From Hormiphora californensis (Eukaryota > Animalia > Ctenophora), in NCBI GenBank assembly GCA_020137815.1, contig CM035362.1:434001-498000 (forward strand): 64,000 nucleotides of DNA, given 5' to 3'. The notes below the pieces were generated by a model. The model was not told the origin of the DNA and did no database searches. It saw nothing but the letters and a program-made list of their open reading frames with translations. The position numbers were made by a program, and so were the translations under genes. Shown here one piece after another: positions 1-64,000 of this stretch. How positions within the stretch are numbered: the stretch's first letter is position 1; the number at the start of each line of letters is the position of its first letter.

Positions 1-758
1 GCCAGATATGTGTACAGGGTTTCAAGTTGAAAAATGCAGAAATTCATTAATGAACTTAAATTCCCGATTTTTTAGTTAATTGAAGGTTTTCCCTTATTCC
101 AAGTTGATTTTGATCGTAAATTTGCAGCCACTCGATAGTGTTAACATTGATCAATGGCAATCTGAAATTTCATTGAAAATGAATAAAGTTTAGTTGGTGA
201 AATTAATGAATTAAAAATGATCATTTTTTCAAAAAATTTATTTTCGCTGAAAATGAGAGATTTGCACTGTAGAGATGAAATTAAAACCTAACTGGGTTAT
301 GATTTAATCATTTAAGTTCATTCTGGTATGAAAAACTGTTAAATTCAAAAAAATTAATTTTTTTAAATTTTCGTTTTTTTAATTTTTTTCGTTAATAACT
401 GCATAAATTAACATTTAACCGATAGTCCATTAACAAACCGTTAGTTGAGACATTAGTAAATCGAAACCTTGCTAATGGAAGCTTGCTAGTGCTTATACTG
501 ATTGGTAACAACAAGCGTCATGTGACCTCCATGCAAGCAACAAGAAACGTAACCAGGGTGTGACAAAATTGATTGCAATTGGTATCCAATGCCCTCTGTT
601 GTACCCAGTATCAGATATCTGGCTTGGAGTACAAAAGAGGTTCCTGGAAAACAAAAAATATGGACTAGCGAAAACCTACATTGGCTTAAACACATGAATT
701 TAGGTTCATTAATGAATTTCTGCATTTTTGAACTTGAAACTCTGTACACATATCTGGC
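1..758. mobile_element. Non-autonomous DNA transposon (MITE) in a mannosidase intron; left end may be clipped by the window
   Basis: ~62-bp terminal inverted repeat: gccagatatgtgtacagggtttcaagttgaaaaatgcagaaattcattaatgaac (1-64) vs its reverse complement at ~695-758. AT-rich interior with no transposase ORF. Confidence 0.8.
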
Positions 759-872
759 ATAAGCTCAATAACATTGTGTCAAAATTTCAGAACCATTGGA
801 ATTAAGGTACCGGAGAAATCTAAGATTTAAGACCCTCCCTTTTTATTGGCCCACGCGGTATATTCCCTGCAG

Positions 873-3800
873 GTACATGAATGCAGTTATAAAGGGCGCT
901 GACCTTCTCCAGAACAAGACAGATGATCTCTTCCCTTATGCTAATGATCCTCACTCCTACTGGACAGGTACTGACATGAGTTGTTGAGTAAGGGGATGCT
1001 GGATATGGATAGGTATAACTGTAATAGTGAAATTTCAAATGATTATTGGGAGAGTGAGAATGGATGGACATGTGAGAGAAAGGAGAAAAGGGTACTAATG
1101 TATGTGCATGTATGTTATAGGGGAGAAGGGTACTTGATGGATAATGGGGAGAGGTTGTAGAAAGGCAGCATGTACCCTGCAACCATGTGCTGCAGTAGTA
1201 AGTGAGATAACACCTGCAGCAGTCTCCCCAGTCTCACCAAAAGTGAGTTAATGTTTGCGACTCAAAGCTCCAAGCTGGTTATCCAGATTATCGTGCAAAA
1301 CCTTAGTAGAGTGGTTAAATCATCCTTCAAATGAAATTAGGCGCCTTAGTAAAGTGGTTAGATCATCCTTCAAATGAAATTAGGACGCCTTCCCATTTTC
1401 CCAAACACGGCCGTTATCAAAAGATAAGGGAATCCAAAAGGTACCGTTTTCAATGACCCTAGGTATAATATATGTGGGGGCATGTTTGTAAATCCATGGC
1501 TCGCCTGAATGGGGGTTCGAAAACTCTAGATCTCAAGATCACAGGAGAGCCATTACGTTTATCACACCCGTCCTGAGACATGATCATGACTGGAATAGAA
1601 GGATCTCAGAGGCGTGAGAGAAGTTGAACTTTCACAGCCACTAATCAATTACCTACCATTCTCCCCAGGATATTTCACCTCTCGACCTGGACTGAAGCGA
1701 TACGTGAGGGACTGTAACAACGTCCTACAGGCTTGTAAGCAGGTATAACAGCTGCATAAAAAATTAACAATCACCGAGTATAATGACGTCTAACATTTAC
1801 ATTTCTCTACTTATAGATTGAAGCTACTATCGGTGTACGGAAGAGTGGTCCTACATCATGAGAAACTGAGATATGCAATGGGAGTAGCACAACACCATGA
1901 CGCTGTCAGTGGGACAAGTAAACAGGTGACCATGCTGCTTAGTTGATTATTATACCAGAACTATGTCATTTACAAACTTCGAAGGTGTACTTGATTGGAA
2001 TAGTGTATTTGTGTAGCTCACGCTGTATTTCATTTCATAAAATCTGTGAGGGTTCGGCAGAGTAATGACGTATTTGAACGGCCATGTGTTTCAGCACGTT
2101 GCAGATGACTACGCCCAGAGGTTGGCAATTGGCCAGACTGCCTGTGAAGGGGTCATTAACATGGGGTTAAAGAAACTAGCGGGGATGACCCACAACCTAC
2201 AATCCTGCAGAATGTAAGTTAACATGAGACATGTTACACAATCAGTAATCACATGTTGCATGTAATAACACCGGTATTTGATGCATATATCTCAATCTGG
2301 GATTACCACCCATTTTTAATGAATTCAACCCCCAATGATCGTTTCTATCTCATCTCCCCTCAAAGATGATGTGATGAACTGAATATTATTACCCCCTCCC
2401 CCCAATCAGGGCGAATGAGAGTGTATGTGAGGTTACAAGGAATGAGAACAGTAGCTATACAATCATCGTGTACAACCCCCGGAACCTCCCGAGAGTAGAG
2501 TACCTAAGGGTTAGTAGAATCTGAAAATCCACATTCCAAACTGATCACTATGCAGCTATAACTGTCATTGCAGCGCTGTTACTTGCCAGGCCAATGCTCT
2601 GAAAGTTGCAGAGTGCAGATGGTTGTATGGTCCATAAAATGGTCCATAAAACTAAAATACTAGTGGTATCTATATTCGAGCAAACCTGCTCTTGATATTT
2701 TAAATTTCCCACAGCTCTGAGCTCTCTAATTTTAGATTCATTAGCACCTCTCCAAGACTCCCTTATCTCCCCAGCTCTGACGTAGGACCATCCCCAGGAC
2801 CATAGAAAATCTGGATTATCAAAATCAAAAGTTCTGACTTTTGGGCCTGGATTTGGGAATTTTAACTAATTAATTAGCATTCATCTCGATCCACCATCTC
2901 CTCATTTTCAATTCCCTAAACCATCCTCCCCTTTCAGATTTCATAAATCCACAGCTCTTCATTTCAGGTACCCCTGGCACATCCCCACTACAGCCTACTG
3001 GATGTGGCATCTGGAAAGAGAGAGCACATTGAATTTGTTAGGACCAGCAAAGAAACTAAAAACATCAACCCACACGCCCTGCCTCTTGGTAAGAGTTGGT
3101 CACATGTTTACAAAATATGGTGTGTCTACTTAACATTATTTCTCACCAACAACATTGCTCCAGTAACCATGGTTACAAGCTGCATTGGATTGGGTGGTCA
3201 AAATGGGGTTAAATCAATGTTAAATCAAGAAATTAAACAACACTATCATTACAGTTGGTGTGATCAAGGCCCGCCTCCCACCTCTCGGTTACACCTCATA
3301 CATGCTAGATCTCAACATGGACACCCCTGTAAGGAGCCCCAGGAAATCTTGGCATCGATCCAAGAATTCAGCAGACCCCCTAGTGGTGCAGAGCAAGGTT
3401 TATAAGATAGAATTCGATGGTGATACTGGGGCTATGTTGAGGATTACCAATAAACTTGCTGGGTGAGTTACCATGGTAACCAATGTTTTCCTTGTTAGTG
3501 TAACCATGGCAACCAATGTTTCCGTTGCTAGTGTAACCATTTGGTGTAACCACATAACCTTGTGCAACAATATCCATAACCAGTGGAACTAAACCTAATT
3601 TCATACCTTCAACGTTTTACCATTCCGTTCCTCTAATCTAGGTTGAGCGGTGTGAGTGACAAGGTAACCCAGAGGTTCATGCAGTACACCTCAAATACAG
3701 GAGACAAAGAATCTAAACAACCCTCCGGAGCTTACATCTTCAGACCAAAGACACAGACGCCTGATGATCTAGGTTTGTGTTTTAGAATAGGACTGAAGGC

Positions 3801-6396
3801 CGAGTGTTGTAGGGCGAGGTGACACGCTGACTACAAATATGGGCGATTAGGATGACCATCTGATTCTCCAACGAATAATTCATCCGGCACAGTTGCAGCC
3901 ACTAAAAACAGCCATTCTATACTTTCAGGTACACCTGTTTTAACTGATTTTATTCCGGGTGAATATGCAACTGAGATCTGGCAAAGCTTTGGTGACTGGA
4001 TCTCACAGGTACAATTACACATCTCTTGATCTTGTTGTCACTTGTGCGACTGTTACCAAATAACAAATTGCGAAATATCCCTCGAATTCTTCAAAACTAA
4101 AGAAATTCCCTGTTCAGGTAACGCGAGTGTACTATGACAAGATGTATATTGAGGTAGAATGGACTGTGGGACCCATACCAGCTGATCATGGAAGGGAAAT
4201 TATTACAAGGTATTTCACATTTGGGGGCTCGGAGAAGGGAAGGGGGTACTGTAATGTAGGGGCTAGAAGCCCGAGGGGCTAGGAGAACATCCAGTATCGT
4301 TATGTTAGGGGGCTATTATAAGAAGTACCACCAAGAATCAATTGATAGTCCTTGCTGAGTAATACCTACAGTCCGAGATTCCAGGCTCCACTTCTCCTTT
4401 TTATTTTCTAACTAAATTTGACACAGACACTACGTCTAAACAGGTACGAGACCAGTCTATCCTCGGGAGATACATTCTATACAGACAGTAATGGAAGGGA
4501 GATGGTGAAGAGAGTCTTGAACAAACAACCAACTTATGATGTTAATGTTACTGAACCTGTCGCAGGTATAATTGTAATACACACACTATTGCCAGTATTG
4601 CAGTGTCAAGGGGACATGGTTTTGATAATCTTCTCTTTTTTGATCTCGAAAGTTAGACTAGTGAATACCACCATTAGACCATCACCAATCTCCCTAAAAC
4701 AGTCAGCTAATACATCTTCTCACTCCAGGGAACTACTACCCAGTCAACTCCCGTGCCACAATTCGTGATGAGAAGAGGAAGATGCAGCTTACAGTGCTGA
4801 ACGACAGATCTCAGGGTGCTGCATCACTCACCAGTGGACAGGTATAGTCCCTGTATAGTAACCATAGTAACCACACATAGTAGCCAAACATGGTAACCAT
4901 AGTAACCTAACATAGTAACCATATTAACCATACATGGTAACCTTAGTAACCACTGACACCTCTCTCAGATGGAGTTCATGGTGCACAGGAGGTGTCTGAA
5001 AGATGACCACAGGGGGGTAGCTGAGCCCCTTAATGAGACAGCCAATGGACGGGGTCTTATTGTTCGAGGGAAACACTGGCTCTTCTACTCAGGTAAAAAC
5101 ATGCATTGAGAGATTTTGGTATGGGGCTATAGGAGAGGTTGGGGTTTCTCTCTTTCTGTAATTATAAGCACTCAATGCGGGCCTGGGCGAGGCAGGTTTA
5201 TCCAGTATAATATCAGGCATATATTGGGTATAATAATGTCAGGGGGGTCTCTCTTTTTAGAGAAACTATCCTGTTATACTACCCCTGCTCCCTCTCTATA
5301 AATTGTTGTCCCAGATGGAATGTGTTGCTGACGTGCATTCGCGTCACTCACACCCCATGACAATGAGCGGTGCTGTTTAGATCTAAAAACTTTTCTTATG
5401 ATTTCTCTCCCTACTATCTCGGAATATACCATGTAGAAGGAGGCGGGTTATTTGGCACTTATCCAATTATTACGTGATCAGATAACATGGTTCATGCAAT
5501 TCATGATTGGCCCCATCCACCCCCAATAATAGCCCAACCTCCCTAAGACTAACACTAAAACTAATATTTTACTCCCCCCCCCAGATCTGCAGTCGTATCA
5601 CCTTCACCGTGATATCGGTCTGGATCTGTTCTACAGTCCAGTAGGTGGCAGTTACCAGTGGCAATGAACCTGAGACCCCTAGCAAGAGTTTCTACAGCTC
5701 AAAGCAACCCCCAATCCGTATCTCAACCTGCTGACATACCAGCCATTTAATGATACAGTAAGTTAATTCCAATATTACTTGCTTGTAAATCGACAACTTC
5801 GTTCCGAAAAATGTCAATTACCTTTGATAATTTTAACTGTCCTGCGACTATCCAGTCTCCCAAACTGCCCCATTTTCCTAACCTTGTCAAAACTAACCGC
5901 CAAACTGCCCCAATTTCATTGTTGAGTAACAACAACATTTCCAGGGTACTCTGATCCGACTGGAGAACACTCTGCAAGCCAGTGAGGGAGGAACTAACAT
6001 CTCCATAGATCTGGCCAACCTCATAGCGGACAAAAAACTGAAAGGATTTGAGGTGGGTTAAGTTTAAACCTTGCTCTACCAGTGTGAGCAGCAGAAAGTT
6101 TAAACCCTAAATTCTCGAATCGGAACGCTCAATTATCACACCTCTCTCCCTCCTCAATTCTTCACCTTAAGTATTTCGGATTCCCTCTCTCTATATTGTA
6201 CCCATATAATATTATGGGATATCTAAATTACATCATCTAACCCTATATCCCCCACTTTCAGGAGCTTGGTCTAGCTGGAGATAGACCTGTCAAGGACGCT
6301 GTTGAGAACCTGAAACTTCACCTGGAGTTGGATCAAGGAACTACAATCACCCTCAAACCTCTCCAAATCAGAACTTTTGTAGTCACATTTGGATAA
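873..6396 (+). CDS. MAN2B1: Lysosomal alpha-mannosidase (GH38), 5'-truncated by the window; about 16 exons visible
   Basis: Approximate GT-AG exons: 873-967, 1669-1742, 1817-1925, 2095-2213, 2410-2509, 2968-3088, 3255-3462, 3641-3771, 3929-4008, 4118-4209, 4444-4565, 4729-4841, 4969-5092, 5585-5757, 5945-6052, 6262-6396 (TAA). Translation gives GH38 motifs [98 protein letters not shown] and [11 protein letters not shown]. Apparent indels near 1858 and 5644-5697. Confidence 0.92.
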
Positions 6397-6853
6397 TTGA
6401 ACAACTCAAATGAACAAAAAGATAACTAGTGATAGCGACGTTGAGTTGTCCACAAGTTGTGATTGAACAATTCAAATTTGAGCAAGGATGGAACTGTTTT
6501 TAAGAGTTTACTGATTTGTAAATGAGTGTTCTTTATATTTTTGTAACTTTTGGACATGTAGAGTGAATTGAGCTGACGAGCTGTGTTTTTGTGAAAAGGA
6601 GCGGGTCTTCAAAAGATGGTGTGAAAAAGAAAGTTATGAAGCACTAGAAATGTTGATAATTATAAATTGTATCGCTACCTAATTAGTTACAAAACAAACA
6701 TAATTCCTGTCCCACGTTATTTTGTAAAACGAAAAGGTAACCCTATTCATTTCTCTACACAAGAACAATGGGTTATCTTTTAAACGGAAACGGATGATTA
6801 GCATAATGGCCGACGGCCGTGTACCGTTATACAAGGACCCTGAAATGAATCTG

Positions 6854-7155
6854 GTCCCTAAATATAATCCGGTCGGCGGTCCCTAAAGATAGTCCGGTCC
6901 CTAAAGAGAGTCCGGTCCCTAAATATAGTCCGGTTTCTGAATATAGTTCGGTCCCTAAAGATATTCCGGTCCCTAAAGATAGTACGGTCCCTAAAGATAG
7001 TCCGGTCCCTAAAGGTCCCTAAAGATAGTCCGGTCCCTGAAGATAGTCCGGTTTCTGAATATAGTCCGGTCCCTAAATATAGTCCGGTCCCTAAATATAG
7101 TTCAGTCCCTAAAGATAGTCCGGTCCCTAAAGATAGTTCGGTCCCTAAAGATATT
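6854..7155. repeat. Minisatellite, 18-bp unit tccggtccctaaagatag, about 16 copies
   Basis: Direct tandem units with few variants; explains the repetitive ORF 6858-7256(-). Confidence 0.9.
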
Positions 7156-7337
7156 CCTTCCACTTTGGCCAAAGAACCTCCTGGATTTTCTCTAGAAATA
7201 TTAACTCCTCTCCAGAATTTGTTTAATATTCTCCCACGGCGATTAAAATAACTCATTCCTAATAATATTATTTCTGAAGCTGTTACCTACGTCAAGGAAA
7301 GCATCACCTCATCTGAACTCAGCGTCAATCAGCGTAC

Positions 7338-7597
7338 CTGATTGGCTGGATTCACAGTCACGTGACTGACTGCATATTTAGTGATTACAGCTAAATCTGG
7401 AGGGGCTCCACTGCAGCGGTTCTGGCTCAGATTCACCACCAGAATTTCCAATCAAAAACACGAAACTGAAAACTTTCGACCATTGGAATTTGATATTTCG
7501 GTCCCCGCGGGCCCTCGAGTGATGGGGCACAATGATCCAGTGACGTAAGCAGAAGAGTGATGGAAATGGGAAGATGAATGTTGAATGTTAGTGTATT

Positions 7598-7693
<96 letters not shown>

Positions 7694-7876
7694 CCCTCTC
7701 TCTCTTCTCACCTCTGATAACTGAGGCAGCAGTGATAACCGCACAGCGCTCTTCAATCTCAAATCCAGGCCCCTGATTGGTTAAAAGAATGGTCACGTGA
7801 CTCCAAGGTTCTATATTCAATGATTAGGGTAGAAATCTAGAGGGCCTATAAAGGCTTTATCCAGGTCCCCAGTTAT
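7338..7876 (+). promoter_or_regulatory. Candidate promoter of paralogue A: two ATTGG + GTCACGTGAC (E-box) composites, TATAAAG and an Inr-like CAGTT
   Basis: ctgattggctggattcacagtcacgtgact (~7338-7367) and ctgattggttaaaagaatggtcacgtgact (~7773-7802) have identical spacing. TATAAAG at 7847-7853, ccagtt at ~7870. Possible UTR intron ~7950-8235 before ATG 8320. Function is inferred. Confidence 0.35.
7601..7690. repeat. (CT)n microsatellite
   Basis: Direct reading. Confidence 0.95.
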
Positions 7877-8319
7877 TCATTTGGCGAAAAAGTTTGATCG
7901 TCGACATTTTATGTCTTACTCAGGATAAAATAATTGTTGAAAATATCAGGTTTACTAATTGAAATTAAAATTGAATTAAAAAATGATAATGACTAATGAG
8001 TAATGGGTATCTAGCTTAGATCTGTGTCCTGTGACCAATTGTTTTCCCCGCTGTTGTTTCTTTTAGTTTGCATATCAAGTGAACTTCTGGAAACTGGAAA
8101 CTTGGTTCGACTTTGTTGTAGTTTTGCCAATTGAAAGTTTTACCAACACCCCCACATGGATCATTGCCATATGGTAGTGATCCATGGGAGTGGTATACTA
8201 TATCATAATACCGTTCTCTCTCTCCGTGTCACCAGGGACCCAAATGTAAAGTGGAGCACTAGTCCAGCTGTGATCCCTTCTTTGTGTAAATTGCGTTATC
8301 ATATATCTGAGTTACCATC

Positions 8320-34973
<26,654 letters not shown>

Positions 34974-36349
34974 TTTGAACATACGTTTTATTTAAAATTC
35001 AGAGACTTTATATAAGATACACACCAGATTTGAGCAGATATAATTATACATACACAGAGATAATTGAGACACGATATTATTATTTTTTTTAATTAATTTA
35101 TGAAGCAATTTATATGATCTCTTATATATGATTTAATAATATTTTTATCTCTTTTACACTAATCAAAAGCGTATATCCTATTTATGACATTTGTCGCAGA
35201 CAGATTGTCAAGCGACGCAACAGAAGAGTAAACAATACCACTAACATATCCTCCTCGATATAGCTTTTTTAGTATGTTACTATGGTTACTAGTTATCATT
35301 ACCATGGTTACTCCTGTGGTTACTAGTAGTTCTACTACCACGGAACAGTCAAAACAAGGTACCGTTGCGAAACAAAACGAGTTGGGCCGTTCAACAGAAC
35401 CATGATCTCTATCAGCCTGTCCCTTCATTCTCTAGATTCTGATGTTATTCCACCATTCTCTTAGTCGCTAATGAGTACCATATTACCTTCCCTATCTTAA
35501 CCCTCCCAACCTCTCCTAACCGATGATGCCTATAGCTCCAACTTCCCCTTTCTAACCCAACTACCTTATACCCAGACTACCGTATTACTGACATCCCTCT
35601 CTAACTCCCTGGTACCCTATATGGTGAAATCCTGATGCCGTATGCTCGAGACCCCGTGACCGTTGAGGAAAAATGGTCAAAGGAAATTTATGTGTAACTC
35701 CACCTCAACGGTTGAGGACCGATATGGTCCCAATTCCATTGATCCCAACGTTTAAATAATCCATAAGTAACCTGTATTAGTGATTCCCTCGATTCTTTAT
35801 GCGCAAACCGTATCTCAACTCAGTTGAGTACCAGACTACTGGACACCTACTATCTAACTTACGCTATCTGTTTTGACTAGTTGTAAAATTATTCGAAGAT
35901 TGATATGCAGTGTGTGTGGTATTGTGTAATGAAGGGAAAGTGTTAGTGTATTGTACGGGGGTCGTTTGATCAATTGACCGTAAAAAAACGATCTTCAGGA
36001 GTATTAAATGCAAGTATTCAGACTCGTCATATGTAAGTAGTTATCGCAGATTAGTTGATTGCAGTTTAAAGTTGCTAAGGACTCCTATTCGACAGACTAC
36101 GACAGCTTTTATAATACTAATTTATTTTGGGCATAATTTCTTGACGAGGAACCCGTTTTAAAGGATTTTTCGAAATGATGTGGTCTAACTTTCGTGATCA
36201 CCTACATTTCTCTAACATTTAGTGTGATTCTCATTATACCCAATAACCCCTTACCGACCAATTAACCAATCAATTAACCGACCAATTAACAATGCAATGT
36301 TATATAGCTCTGTCAGATGTAAAGAAAGATATCACAGAGATCAGATATA

Positions 36350-63840
<27,491 letters not shown>

Positions 63841-63925
63841 GTGAGATGCTTGGTTTGATATTAGCCGCTAGTTAAAAACTGGTTTGCATTCACCCACTCC
63901 TTTCCAATTGTGCAACGTTGTGAGT

Positions 63926-64000
63926 CAAGAACCGATCAAAACAAGTAAACAACCAATCAGAACTCGTTATTTAGGTCACGTGACTGGTTATCAGCCAATC
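63926..64000 (+). mobile_element. 109-bp hAT-like MITE, copy 4 (truncated by window end)
   Basis: caagaaccgatcaaaacaagtaaacaaccaatcagaactcgttatttaggtcacgtgactggttatcagccaatc matches copy 1. Confidence 0.85.

Noticed and set aside
1859-1861. In-frame TGA as selenocysteine or readthrough
   Set aside because: Homology continues in a different frame, so this is an indel rather than a recoded stop.
6854-7155. CRISPR-like array or repetitive protein ORF (GTGLSL/FRDRTI)
   Set aside because: Contiguous 18-bp units with no unique spacers, in a eukaryotic context; the ORF is a by-product of the repeat.

Overview
Intron-rich animal genomic DNA. A ctenophore such as Pleurobrachia is my guess, based only on recollection of one MITE; this is unverified. 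All three genes are on the + strand. (1) 873-6396: the 3' part of a lysosomal alpha-mannosidase (GH38, MAN2B1-like). (2) 8320-34973 and (3) 36350 to beyond the window end: a tandem pair of diverged paralogues encoding giant secreted proteins. Their architecture is signal peptide - [I9-like propeptide, first paralogue only] - basic cleavage site - proteinase K/PCSK9-type (S8A) subtilase domain lacking all catalytic residues - von Willebrand D - C8 - about 31 Sushi/CCP modules - short Cys hairpin tail (tail visible only in the first paralogue). The CCP modules carry extra cysteines that co-vary between neighbouring modules, suggesting inter-module disulfide staples, and both paralogues show the same staple/hinge pattern module for module. 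Introns hold several MITE families, a near-perfect 1.6 kb palindrome, an ORF1-only LINE-like element inside a (CT)n tract, and many minisatellites built from duplicated splice junctions. The region ~55.2-57.2 kb and several single-base frameshifts look like assembly error. All exon structures were spliced and translated by hand; no searches were run.
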